Positions 47,221-64,000 of a stretch of 64,000 nt of DNA are shown here, piece after piece (position 1 is the stretch's first letter; every line of letters starts with the position of its first letter). Source of the DNA: the human T2T-CHM13v2.0 reference genome, Homo sapiens; assembly GCF_009914755.1 (NCBI RefSeq), contig NC_060939.1, one strand, 5' to 3'. Below the pieces are notes generated by a model. The model did no database searches. It had not been told where the DNA came from and was given only the letters and a program-made list of their open reading frames with translations. The translations under genes and the position numbers were made by a program.

Positions 47221-50200
47221 ACATCACCATCCTCAAAGAGCTGCTCAAGAAATTTTTAAATAAGAAACCAAGTTATGGGGTTAATCTCCTACACAATTCA
47301 TTTACTTCCTTTGAATGTTAGAGTCACTCATGATTATTTGTTTTTCTAATTTATAGTTTTAAGTTTATTTGTAAAAAGTTAAAAGAGAGTGGGTGTCTGT
47401 GGCTCTCACTGATGTTCACTCTGGCATCCTTTAGCATTTTTCTTTTTTAATTTCATAATTGTAGGTCATTAGCGTGCATATCGAGTTTGCCCTTACGTGG
47501 TGGGAGTTCAAACACACAAAGACCCACTCTTTGCCCAAAACTGTTCTCTTTGGTTTGGAATAGGCTGCCATGCTTTTTTAATGTTATTGCAGCATGTATA
47601 TTCACTACAGAATTCAGACAAAATTTGCCTATGTTCTGCTGTTGTTTGATCTAATCTTAATCACAGTGAGCTCTTCATTAGCTCAATATGTAGTTTGCCC
47701 CCAAGTGTGCACTGTTTATTACTTTGTAATATGCCACTATGAGTACTGACATTTAGAGTTGTTTAAAGGCCAAGAACTGGAAACAGCCTTTCCTCCATTT
47801 TCTGTGTGTTGGTGATGGGAGTGATAACCTTTTGGGGGAGCTTTTTAAATCTCACAGAAGAGGAAAGTGGCCTCCTCTGGCAGGTACGTGCAGGATAGAG
47901 TGTGTTTCATCTGTTCCGGTGCCCGGAATTAGCAGTGTATTATGGTGGTTCCCTTAGGATTTGTATGTGCTCTGGGCTCATGAAGATACTGCATCATGAG
48001 CTGCAGCAGTTGTACTCTTTTTCGATGACCTAAAAAGGGCTTATTTCTGAGGAATGAAAGGTTCCCATCATTGACTGTGGATGTGGGAAACCTTTCCTAG
48101 CTTAGAGCATTTGTATCTACAATACATTTTAAAGTCAGAGTTCATGTTACCTGTTTTAATCACATGACTACATGTCCCAGTACACAAAAGGGCACTGGTT
48201 GGCATTCTTCTTAATGTATTTAGTGAAGATCATAAGAAATCCTTTATGAGTTCAAACGTTCCTGGAACAGGCATACAGGCTCTAGTCAAGAATGAATTAG
48301 AGTGAAGGAAAGCTGTGTGACACCTGGCATTCCTCTCTGTTCACGGAGATTCTTTGAGGCTTGAAGATTGATTTTACCATCTAGACCTCTTTGGCTAATA
48401 CCTATTCTTCAACCACCTTGGTTACTCTGACATAGGAATTTACTTCTTTTTCTTTGAATGGAAAACACTTTAAAAAATAATAGAAACATTATTATAAACT
48501 AATATATGTGAGATACTTAGTTGAAACAAAAAGGAGTTTTAGTAGACGGTATTGTACTCTCTTTGAAAATCAAGGAGAAGTTTATGAAACTTAAAATGTG
48601 TACAAACTGCAGTGCAATCTACTGTTCGTGAATGTCAATGTATTATCAGGAAACGTGTCTATACAATCACAGAGTTATATTTTCTCACAGACTTCTTTAC
48701 AAAGTGAAATATGTTTTTGTACCTCTGGGTTTCTGTTCGGGACATATTTTGTGCAATATTTATGTGATTGTGCCTATGCATGATGAATGAATACATTTCA
48801 GTTATATATTGCCTAAATCATAACTTGATGATGCTTGGGAAAGACTCAACAGTTAAAACTTCATGAAGTTCTAATGTCTGTGTTCCAAAACACATCACAT
48901 TGTTAGGATGCAGGGAGATAGGTGTGTGTGCTCCCTGCGGTGGGGATTTCTAGTTACTAGATCATCTCCATTTTTAGCATTTGGCATCCTCATGATACTT
49001 CTATAAATATGACATTAACAGGAGAGCAACAATACGATTTTACCGATGGAATAACAGATTTGCTGGCATTCACTGAAAGAGTGCAAATATTCGGTCCTTG
49101 TGACTTCCACTGACTCTTCCAAATTTTATGAATGTATCAATGTATTAGATAAACCCAGTTTCAGAATGATAAAGAAAAAATTTAGACCAAATAATGCGGC
49201 TAATTAACAGTGGTACGATTTGTAGCCCGTGGGTTTAAAATGCACTTAAAGTCCTGTTCTCGCCTTTTATTTTCTGAACTTGCCGCTTTTGCATTCTTTG
49301 AGTTCAGTTTAAAGACAGTTACTTTAAGAGCATTTTAAACCCTCGGGCTAGAAATCGGACCACTGTTAATCAGCCACATTATTTGGTCTAACGTTTTTTC
49401 TTTTATCATTCTGAAACTGGGTTTATCTAATACATTGATAAATTATTGCAAAGGTACTTTTATCGTTGAAATCACTTCACTTTTACCCTGATAAATATCA
49501 GTGACTAGGAATGACCTTCGGATAGCGTTTAGCATCTGTAACCAATCTGACAATAATGTGTTCATGAGGTGCCTATGGATTAAATCACACACTGGCATAT
49601 TTAAGCTGAAGGTCAGTCTGGAAAATAAATTTACTATATTGACTGAAATACCACTCTTTGTGTAGGTATTTGTCATATATTTAAGAAAAAGTTAAAAAGA
49701 ATGGAAATTGTATGACAATAACTCAAGTCTTTCTCCAAAGTGCATGCAGTCTTTTGCGATACCTCATTCAGCCGAGTATTTGTGCTCTTCCTCATTCAGT
49801 ATAAGGCAGCTTTCAGTTTGCTTAGAAGGCAACATTGGAATGTTAGAGTTCATCAGAAACATAGAATTTTAAACTGTGAGTTCCACTGAATACATTTTAA
49901 TGTCTGTAGGAAGAATCAAAACACCTATTTAAAGATGGCAATATATAATAATCATTTTAAAAGTATTTGATTCAACCTGATAATTTTCCAGAAATGAAAA
50001 AAAAAAATCAGCTCTAAAACCAAAGCTGATTTTAGAAAATTTGAAAATGTAAATCAGCCCTATCCATAATATAGTTTCTCTAAAACTTTATTTTAAAGAG
50101 TCATTTTAAAATAATATAACTATTAAAAAATGTAACTGCTATCTTAATGTTCTGAAATAATTTAAAACATTTTAAAATATGAATACTGTAGTATAAAAGA

Positions 50201-50760
50201 AAGAAATGGTGGGAACGAAAAGCAGAGAAAGAAATGCCAATTCCAGTCCAAAGTTTTATTTGCCAAGTTTTCTTAGAATGAATTTTACCAGTTTATGAAT
50301 TATTGTAAAGAGAATGTGTCGTGGAAATACTGAAAGATTTTTCCCTAGAGTGGCCTTATTGACTGCTGGTGTGATGCCACTGTAATGTAATAAATTATTA
50401 AGTTGTTTCAATGTGTTGTTTTTGTCTTAAAATTTTATTTTGCGTTTCTTGAAAACTATAGTATTAAAGGTATTGATACTGTGCAAATGCTGGGCATGCT
50501 TGGCATGAGATAATGTGTTTCATTTTTACAAAGTTGTAATATAACTATGCAAGTGTTTCTTAAAAGAACACAAGATTTTAAAAGTTATGGGATTAAAAAA
50601 GTTATGGGGTGAAAAAGTTATGGGATAAAAAATGTAAAAACGTTGTGGCAAAAAAACTTGTGGGAACAAAGTAGAAAACAGTATTATGAAAAGTTACCAA
50701 AAAAGTTATGAAAAAGAAGTTACGGGATTCTTTTTTAAAAAGTCATGGAATAAAAATAAA
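47221..50760 (+). other. AT-rich GOLGA8 3'UTR block of apparently foreign origin
   Basis: Sharp drop in GC, no Alus, AATAAA about 50389 and ATTAAA about 50463, ends in A-rich (AAAAAGTTATGG)-like repeats at 50575-50765. Confidence 0.55.
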
Positions 50761-51791
50761 AATTAAAAGCAGGCCCCTGTCAGCAAAGCCTGGAGAAGTG
50801 GGGCTGGGGTCTCCACCGCCACCATGTCCCTACCACCCCTTCCCAGGCACCCCTTTACAATTAGGGTAGCAGGACAAGACCTCTGTCTAATGGGGAAAGA
50901 CAAACAGACCCTTTGCCACCCTGACCAGGGCTGAGTCCCTAAATTTCTGGATGATGATGATTGTTATTTAAGAGCCAGAGGCTGGTGGAGTTGGTTTGTT
51001 TGGAGGAGGCCTGATGTCCCCCTTACTCTCACCATAGCAACTTTTCCCTCAGGGGGGCTCCCTTCTTATTCAGAGAGGCAGGACAGTGGGGCTAACTGTG
51101 GACCAGGCGAGGGCACGGGCTGCTGGGGTGGCCCCCGTTCCCCGGTGTACACATTGTGTCTGTGTAAGGTTTTGTATATTCCAGAGGGTAGGGCCACCCC
51201 TGTGTCATACCTAGCTGAGGTTGGAGCCGGCACATGGGGAGGAGGTTGTAATAATTATTTGTGGCTGGGAAACTTATTTATTGCTAGCATAGGACAGAGG
51301 AAGGAGGCGGGGATGGGGTCATGGCTCCCTGGTGATGCGACTCCTGTTTATTTTGCTTTTTATTTTGGAATAAATGGATTTAGCCATACTGCTCGGCCTG
51401 GTGTGTTTCCGTTTCCCTCACTGGGTCCTGGAGTTTGTGCCACCAAACAAGGAGTCCCAGAGTGTCTTGAGCATGTCCAGCTAGGCTGTTGGGGACCTTC
51501 CAGGCGTGTTACCTGTATGCTGCCTGGTGGCGCCTGGGGGATTCCAAGGGGACTGCCATGTAGTCTATGGGGCGCAGTCTGGCCCTGACAGCCAACAGGC
51601 TCAGAAGCCTGATCTAGCGGTGGCCGGGAAGACAGGTACCAGCACCTAAGGGCACTGACTTCCACCCAGCCCCGGCATCTTCCGTTCTATCCCCTTGTCT
51701 CCCTCTCCTGTCTGCACCTGGTGGCCTGTTCTGTCTGTGCCTCCAGAGTGCCGGCTGCCCTGCAGGCTCCCTCTGGGCTGAGTTCATGGCC

Positions 51792-51808
51792 CTGCCCCCT
51801 GGTGGCCA
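51792..51808 (-). promoter_or_regulatory. Strong CTCF motif
   Basis: TGGCCACCAGGGGGCAG on - strand, near consensus. Confidence 0.6.
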
Positions 51809-52273
51809 GAGCCGGCTTCACAGGATAAGAGCCCGCTAAGCTCCAGGGGCTTTCCAGGAAAAGTGTCCCTTGGAAAGGGCATGGCCTTTTCACTGCTCCC
51901 AACAGCACCCTAGAAATGGCTTGGCCTTTCCCCTCCCCTGAGCTCCACAGAGAACACAGCCAGCAGAGGACACACTTCCCCGCCATCCAGAAGCGGGTTT
52001 GATTCTCAGCCAAGGGACAGCAGGACTGGTAGAGACTGTCAGGCCACACAGCTGCCTGCACAGCACTCCCATGCTTGGTGGGGGGGGGGGGGGCGGGAGG
52101 GATGGCGGGGTGTGTCTCTCCATAGGCTGGGCGTGACAGGGAGGCTCACTGAAGGTAGCGCACTTTGGAGGGGCAATGTCAGGGGTTAGCTTTCTCTTGT
52201 TTGGCCACAAGACTCCAAAAGGACAGCACGGTGACTGATTCCCAGCGCTAGAGGCGAGGCGGTTGGCCACATG

Positions 52274-52276
<3 letters not shown>

Positions 52277-52320
<44 letters not shown>

Positions 52321-52322
52321 AT
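52277..52322. repeat. (TG)n microsatellite
   Basis: Direct. Confidence 0.95.
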
Positions 52323-52658
52323 ATGGGTATTTGTAGATATTTCTAGAACAGGGCAGGGGCATACCACAGAGGGGGGCACAAGTTTTCAGCAACGGTCACA
52401 CCTGGATGTGTCAGCTCACCGCAACAATAGACGAAGTCACAGATGAAGGGGGCTGCCTTTGGGGCTGGGGGAGCCACTGCCAAGTCACAGAACAGCCGCC
52501 CAGGCAGGCTTGGAAAGGGAAGTCTCTGAGAAGAGGAGGAATCTGTTTAGAGGTCAAAGGGGGGCCTGGGGCTCTCAGGATGGGATGGACTTGCCTGAGC
52601 CGATTGGCTGGCAGTTGGAGAGAAAGCAGAGAGAAGACAGGAGAGAGAAAAGCGAGCA

Positions 52659-53375
52659 TATCATCTCACACCAGTTAGAATGGCAATCATTAAAAAGTCA
52701 GGAAACAACAGGTGCTGGAGAGGATGTGGAGAAATAGGAACACTTTTACACTGTTGGTGGGACTGTAAACTAGTTCAACCATTGTGGAAGTCAGTGTGGC
52801 GATTCCTCAGGGATCTAGAACTAGAAATACCATTTGACCCAGCCATCCCATTACTGGGTATGTACCCAAAGGACTATAAATCATGCTGCTATAAAGACAC
52901 ATGCACACGTATGTTTATTGCGGCATTATTCACAATAGCAAAGACTTGGAACCAACCCAAATGTCCAACAATGATAGACTGGATTAAGAAAATGTGGCAC
53001 ATATACACCATGGAATACTATGCAGCCATAAAAAATGATGAGTTCATGTCCTTTGCAGGGACATGGATGAAATTGGAAATCATCATTCTCAGTTAACTAT
53101 CGCAAGAACAAAAAACCAAACACCGCATATTCTCACTCATAGGTGGGAATTGAACAATGAGAACACATGGACACAGGAAGGGGAACATCACACTCTGGGG
53201 ACTGTTGTGGGGTGGGGGGAGGGGGGAGGGATAGCATTGGGAGATATACCCAATGCTAGATGACGATTTAGTGGGTGCAGCGCACCAGCATGGCACATGT
53301 ATACATATGTAACTAACCTGCACATTGTCACATGTACCCTAAAACTTAAAGTATAATAATAATAATAAAAAAAAA
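52659..53375 (+). mobile_element. L1PA2-like LINE-1 3' fragment, about 715 bp
   Basis: ORF2 C-terminus (track ORF 52680..53096) and 3'UTR GCTAGATGACGATTTAGTGGG..CTTAAAGTATAAT (not Ta); TSD AAAAGCGAGCA 52648-52658 / 53372-53382. Confidence 0.92.
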
Positions 53376-55189
53376 GCGAGCAGAGAGCTGGTGAGGCAAG
53401 TGCAGAGCACAGGTGTGCCACAGCAGCTGTGGGAGGGCCAAGGAGTAAAGGGTGCACGTGCGGGTGTGGCAAGGTTCCTGGAAAAGAGGGGCTGGAAGGG
53501 AAAGGGGAGGAAGACAGAGGGAGGAGCCGGAGTTTCACAGGTAGTGCCTGGGGGCTGTGGCAGCCCTCCCCACCCCACACGTGCTGGCCTCTTCCACGGC
53601 ACCCAGTGCACCCACTGTTAAGACTGATGCTCAGCCCCTTTGGGCTTCCCTCTTCTCTGGGCACCGTGTCTTCCAACCCACTTGTCCAGGGCCACCTCTC
53701 GCCTTGGGGAGCCCAAAACAACAGCCACCAGGCCTGATAGAGAAGAAACACTGCTTGAACCAGGATGATGAAGCTAAAAGGGATGGATGGGTGGAGTGAT
53801 CGCCGGAGCCCCCTCTGGGGGGTCAGAAAGCCCAGGAACCCTTGAAGGGTCCCTGGGGGAGGAAAGGAGGGCATGCAGCTGGATGCCACTGGCTATAGAC
53901 TTATAAGTCTAAGAGGGGAGCCTCAGCTTGTTGGGGGTTGCAGGTCGGATAGGTGAGGCTGGGCCCTTCCTGCTGGGAAAAGCAGAAGAGGGAGAGTCTA
54001 TGGCAGGGGAGGTGGGTGGGCTTGTGGGGCGGAGGTCAGCTGGGCCAGCAGGCACTGTGGTCCCCTTGGCTGAATAGCAGAGGTGACCTCTAGGAGCAAC
54101 ACTCCAAGGTGCGTGAGCCTGCTGGCCAGCAATAGTGCTTCAGCGGGGGCCAGGGACCCTGCCTTCAGTCACACGCTAGCAGCTATGATGGTACCTGGGA
54201 GGGAGGGAAGGGGCCTGTGTTTCCTGCCTGGCCTGTGAGGTGTGTTGTGGGTTGACCGTGTGTATGGGACTCTCAAGGTTTTATCCTATCTCACCACTGC
54301 ATTGCCGACAGATAGAGGAGGTGGGACTCTGACTATCACCCCTGCTCTGCAGTGGATTTGGCTCTCAGCACTCCCAGGCTGGGAGCTGGATGCCCTGCCC
54401 TGGCAGCATGACTCAGACTGCCCAACAGGTGCGGTGTGCACAGGAGGACTATCCTAGGACTCTGGCCGCCTCAGAGTACAGCCCCACACACCACCCCCTC
54501 TAAGCTCTCAGCCCTTACACCATAAACCACGAGCTCTGTGACGGCTCCAGGGAGCACCCATGTCTACCAGCGTGGGCACGGAGCCTGTTCCAAGAGTCCC
54601 CAGGCTCAGCCATGGGGGCTGGGGGGCTTTGGGGCCGTGGGAGCCAGCCTTGGTACCTGCATCCGGCAAGGACGCTCTGCACCTGCAGGCAGGAGTTGTC
54701 CACGGGCCCCCATGTGCGTGCTGATGGTGGTCGTGTTGATGTCGCCGATGATGCCGAGTGCCTCCTTCAGCACGTGGTACATGCGCAGCATCTCGTCGCG
54801 CCACTGTGCCTGCTCTGCCGACTCTTCCATCAGCGTTTTCTGGTCCCCACGTGAGTACAGGTTGGACAGCAGCTCCGAGAAGATGAACTCCTTGGTCTGA
54901 GAGCGGGCAAAGAGGGAAGGAGGTTGGGACCTGATGCCTTTGCTGCCCTGGCCTCCTGCCGGGCCCTGCTGGGACTGTGTGCTGGACTTGGAGCCCTGAG
55001 TATGGCTTTTCAGACGCGGCTTCTACACCGCTTAGACTCAAAGATCTGCCTCCCCACCGCCCTTTTCTCACTCAGATAGGGACACTGAGGTCCAAAGGAA
55101 AAGTCACCTGTCCAAGGTCACACATCTGGGAGGGGACCCAGGACCTATCATGCCACCAGGACACCGGTCTACTCAGTTTCTTAAAAATG

Positions 55190-55480
55190 TTTTTTGGAGA
55201 TAGGATCTTGCTCTGTCGCTAGGCTGGAGGACAGTGGGCGAGATCACCACTCACTGTAGCCTCAACTTCTTGGGCTCAAAGTGATCCTCCAATGTCAGCC
55301 TGTAGAGTAGCTAGGACTATAGGTACGTGCCACCACCAAGCCCAGCTATTTTTAAAATTTTAGTGTAGAGATCAGGTCTCACTATGTTGCCCAAGCTGGT
55401 CTCGAACTCCTGGGCTCAAGCTATCCTCTTGCCTTGGCCTCCCAAAGTGCTGGGATTACAGACATGGGCCACTGTCCCCA
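55190..55480 (-). mobile_element. AluJ
   Basis: Diverged Alu dimer, CCTGGGCTCAAGC. Confidence 0.85.
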
Positions 55481-56315
55481 GTCCCACGTTATATTTCTAT
55501 GAGACAGCTCTGGTCTGGACTGTGCCTCCCTCCCTGGACCTTGGTCCCATAGGGCTGGTCAGCATCTCCCCCAGGCCAACATGGCCACCTGCATCCCCAG
55601 TGCTACAGGAGCCCCCTGCCCCTATGAGGCGGTGCATGCACGTTGTTGATCATGACGTGCATGATGGTCTTGGGCATGACACCAACCATGAGGTCCCACA
55701 CGGTCTTGTTGACAATGGCCATGTAGGAGTCCACAAGGTTCTGGGTGGTTTCCATTTGCCGCTCCAGCTATGGGTCCATGGAGTGCATGAAGCTGTCGGA
55801 GCCATTCTCCTCAGCCTTGCTGTCCTGTCATGGAGAACACAGTGGCATCAGGGTGGCCAGGCCATGCAGCCAGGCTCCAGGAATCCCTAGGATCTCAGCA
55901 CCTCCAAGGGTACCTGGAACATTGAGGCACAGAGAAAAACAACTGGCGTGAACATGCACCGAGCTCCCCACACGCTCTAGACGGTTTCAGGTATCTGCCT
56001 CTCAGGACCCCAGACTCCCCTGATTCAGTCTCCTCTTAGTTCTGACTCTAGTGCCCAGAATCTGCCTCAAGTTACCAATCCAGAAATTGGAAAAAAACAT
56101 CTCCAGGTCCCCTGTTGGAGACCTGGCCAGAGCTTGTGCCAGGCTGCAGACGCCTGGCAGGGGGCAAGAAAGGGGCATACTCACTTTCCCCTTGTCCTGG
56201 GAGGCCCATGCACCAACACTGCCACCGCCGCCGCCACCAGGGAACACGGCAAAGTAGACACACACAGAGAGGAAAACGGGAAGGGTTGAGTGAACCTGGG
56301 ACACTGCACCCCAAC

Positions 56316-57050
<735 letters not shown>

Positions 57051-57062
57051 CTTGGGACAGGG

Positions 57063-57081
57063 ACACACACACACACACATA

Positions 57082-57125
<44 letters not shown>
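57063..57125. repeat. (CA)n microsatellite
   Basis: Direct. Confidence 0.95.
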
Positions 57126-57129
<4 letters not shown>

Positions 57130-57139
57130 TGGTAGTTGT

Positions 57140-58130
57140 GCCGCCCAGTCGCGAGTGTGAGGAAGGGACCAGATCGGTCGGGCAGAAAGGTGCTGGGTCA
57201 AGAGAGGAGGGGGCAGCCGGTAGCGCGGGCACGCCGGGTGCGCGCGGGGCGCGCCGGGTTGAGGGGTGAGGGGTGAGGGGTAAGAGGTGAGGGGCGACGA
57301 GGACCGGGGCGGGGTAGGGGCAGCCCTTTCCCAGGCGGTAGCGGGGGCAGTGGTGCTGTTGCCCTTTTAAACTGCGGCTTGACGGGAGCCGCGCCTCCTG
57401 TCGGTGGAGTCGGTTATAAAGGGAGCAGCCCCGCAGGCCGCCACATAGCTCCCGCCAAGTCCTCGGTGCCCCTTGCCATTTTCCAGCCGCGCTCCCACGA
57501 GGGTCACGGCGGCGGGGAGAGGTGGAGCCGCGAGAGCTCGGCCGGGGGCCCCGCCTGGTGGTCGCGGCCATGACAGCGGCTCGGGACTGGCTCCTTTTCC
57601 GCGCCCCTCCCGCCGGAGGTGAGGGGAAGATGTCCATGTCCGGGTTCAAGGGCAAACCGAAGTTACTGGCCTCTATCTTCCAGGAGAACCAGGAGCCACA
57701 GCCGCGGCTCACGCCCCACCGCAACATTAAGGTGAGTCGCCGGGTGGCGGCCTGGCGGGGCAGGGCGAGGGCGGAAAGCGGGTGCCCAGAGTCCCAGGAG
57801 AAAGGGGAAGCTGCCCCAGAGAGGCCGCGGTTCCCCGCCCCTTTCTCCCGCAACTGGCCCGCCCGGCAAGGCAGAGGCTTGGGTGGGAGAAGGCGGAGGG
57901 CGCGTCTCTCCAACTCCTAGCGCGGGGCTGGCTTGGGGGCTGCTGGCCCCTCTCGGCCCCTGTCGCTGCGCCTCGAGGTGGGAGCCCGCGGCTGCGGGAG
58001 CTCTCTTGGGACCCATGGTCGCCCTCAGTCAGCCCACCTGCTCTAGGGACCGCGACAGGGCGGGGCAGGGCGGCTCCCGCGTTGTTGGAGCCCAGGCGGG
58101 GAAGGGGAAAGGCCTTTAAGATTTTCGGTT
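57140..58130 (+). promoter_or_regulatory. CpG island promoter
   Basis: Dense unmutated CpG, GC boxes, G4-like GGGG runs 57260-57320, TATAAA 57415-57420. Confidence 0.85.
57445..57731 (+). pseudogene. ULK4P3: First exon of a ULK4 pseudogene transcript (FAM7A / CHRFAM7A 'exon D' type)
   Basis: Ends ..GGAGAACCAGGAGCCACAGCCGCGGCTCACGCCCCACCGCAACATTAAG|GTGAGT, which I recall as the FAM7A/CHRFAM7A 5' exon. Start estimated from the TATA. No ULK4-derived exon recognised in the window. Confidence 0.65.
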
Positions 58131-58134
58131 TTTT

Positions 58135-58772
<638 letters not shown>

Positions 58773-58774
58773 TC

Positions 58775-59303
<529 letters not shown>

Positions 59304-59495
59304 CTGATTCTATATTATAGTGAGTTGTACAATTATTTCATTATATGTTACAATGTAATAATAATAGAAATAAAATGCACAATAAATGTAATGTCCTTGA
59401 ATCATCCCAAAATCATCTCCCCCAACCTTGTCTGTGGAAAAATTGTCTTCTGCAAAACTGGCTCCTGATGCCAAAAAGTTTGGGGACTGCTGGCA
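59304..59495 (+). mobile_element. MER1-like DNA transposon fragment
   Basis: AATGTAATAATAATAGAAATAAA..TGAATCATCCC..GTGGAAAAATTGTCTTC..GCCAAAAAG.TTGGGGAC. Confidence 0.7.
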
Positions 59496-59499
59496 TAAG

Positions 59500-61045
<1,546 letters not shown>

Positions 61046-61284
61046 TTGAATGCAGACCTACTTTGAATTAATTCTAAGTAATTTTTATGCTACTTATTGG
61101 TTGACAAATATAATTGCTTTTAGTTTTTAACTGTAGTTTTGATGTAATGTGAACTGTATTTGGACCTTGTGAAGCTTATTTCTGCTTTGAAATTTAGTAT
61201 AAATTGGTTATAATAAAATCTGACTGTGCTAATTTTTTGGTTATGTGAAATAGAAAATCAATGTAAATTTAAAAATTTATTCTG

Positions 61285-61655
<371 letters not shown>

Positions 61656-61702
61656 TCATTCTATTGAGAAAATATAATCAATAATGTGAATACCTAAGGT
61701 AG

Positions 61703-62040
<338 letters not shown>

Positions 62041-62499
62041 TAAATGATACTTTTTATTCTATTACAAAACATATATAATTGTAAAAAACTTGTAAAATAT
62101 AAAAGAGGACAAAGACAGTAGAAAAATTATTTACAATGTAATTCCCAAGTAAACACTGATTACCTTTTTTTTTTTTTTTAGAGCCTGTTGCTCAGGCTGG
62201 AGTGCAGTGGCACCATCATAGTTCACTGTAACCTCATACATCTCATACATTTTGATATTACTACTTCTGGTTTTATACATAATGTGTTCACTTTGAAGCA
62301 AGAGAGTATAATTTTATAACGATTATTTTCATTTAATGATCGTGATCTCATTGCAATTATTGATCATTTAGTTTATTCCTGAACATTTTGTTTTATATAT
62401 TTTTGCTATTGTGAGTGGGATATTTGTTATAACTTGGCATTTGTGCCTACACTCAATTTACCTATAGGAAACTAATTTTTGCATACAATTGTTTTAATT

Positions 62500-62747
62500 G
62501 GTGCAGTGGCACAATCTCAACTCACTGCAACCTCCGCCTCCCAGGTTCAGGTGATTCTCCTGCCTCAGCCTCCTGAGTAGCTGGGATTACAGGCACATGC
62601 CACCACACCCAGCTAATTTTTGTATTTTTAGTAGAGACAGTGTTTCACCATGTTGGTCAGGCTGGTCTTGAACTCCTGACCTCGTGATCCACCCGCCTTG
62701 GCCTCCCAAATTGCTGGGATTACAGGCTTGAGCCACCGTGCCCGGCC
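62500..62747 (-). mobile_element. AluS, 3' truncated
   Basis: Alu body without tail. Confidence 0.85.
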
Positions 62748-63180
62748 TCGGCCTCTTTGTGTGTTTTCGTATATCTTTCATCTGAGTTGCAAGGGGCACC
62801 TTGGGTTTCCAGGAATTTTCTTAGCTAACTCTGTTCCTTTATCTATGACCCTTCCTCACTAGTTTTGGATAATTTATTTTCCTTCTTCCTTACTTCACTG
62901 ATTTACTTTTCTATTTTATTTAGTTTGCTAGTCATTGTTTCTTTTAAGGTTCTTAAGCATAAATCCTTTTTTTTTTCTGATGGGAAATACTGGGGCATAG
63001 CACTAGGAATACAAATTATGTTTAAATAGAGCACAAAGAACCATCTCAAAGGAATAACTGATGGTGAATGTCTGGTGATTGATTTTATTATGTATCATCT
63101 CTAATGAGGCTTAATAAATAATTGAGGTTTAACACTTAGGTAACCGGTCTGTATTTAAGTCTGAAAATTTTTGTATGTTA

Positions 63181-63683
<503 letters not shown>

Positions 63684-64000
63684 ACCATGCTGGTAATCGA
63701 AAAAGCAGTTTGCCTCATCAGAGTTTAGAACGTTGAATTGTAAAGATCTTTTTTGTAGTCCTAGCCAGTTTTAATGGTAACATGAGCAATTCAGTTACTT
63801 TCTCAGAGTTTTATATTTTTATCTGTAAAATGGAAATTATGGTACCTACAGTTTAGGATTTTTGTGAAAATCAAGTGAGACTGCAAGTGTCTTGAATAGC
63901 AGTGGAAGTACATTGATATAGGTGATATTTTACAGTGGTGTCTTCCTCAGCATCATATTAGTTCAGTGTTTTAAAGCTCTATATTAGTCACAGAAACAAA

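Larger units (their letters stand above)
52350..55824 (-). pseudogene. DNM1P28: Unprocessed dynamin 1 pseudogene (3' exons only)
   Basis: Exon 55824-55642: [60 protein letters not shown] (TAG 55770-55768). Exon 54896-54657: [57 protein letters not shown] (GED; frameshift near the end). Last exon from 52607: [19 protein letters not shown] (stop 52549-52547) plus 3'UTR. Copy number '28' is recalled, not verified. Confidence 0.88.

Noticed and set aside
50575-50765. Repeated AAAAAGTTATGG units as a CRISPR-like array
   Set aside because: Eukaryotic context, irregular units and no unique spacers; consistent with a decayed poly(A)-derived repeat.
53188-53889. 233-aa minus-strand ORF
   Set aside because: Spans DNM1P intron and antisense L1 3'UTR; no domain signal.

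Overview
Human (primate) genomic DNA, Alu/L1-rich. It is most likely 15q13.2, crossing from single-copy-looking sequence into a GOLGA 'core duplicon'. Right half: (1) a complete 19-exon golgin A8 gene on + (CDS 36773-47220, splices to 632 aa, best recalled match GOLGA8J) with an intronic 7SL pseudogene; (2) a tail-to-tail dynamin-1 pseudogene (DNM1P) on -; (3) a CpG-island first exon resembling FAM7A/ULK4P/CHRFAM7A 'exon D'. Left half: it looks like repeats only, but carries a chain of decayed, phase-compatible exons on the - strand (26684-26345, 19558-19432, 18843-18396 with an Alu inserted in it, 13917-13803). The first exon encodes a CARD-like (death-fold) domain once two frameshifts and one stop are repaired. 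No single ORF in the track shows this. I propose it is a lost CARD-domain gene, or a lost CARD-bearing 5' extension of TJP1/ZO-1, which I recall lies off the left end on the same strand (a CARMA/DLG5-like CARD-MAGUK architecture). Locus and paralog names come from memory; no searches were run. Repeat subfamily calls and ends are approximate.
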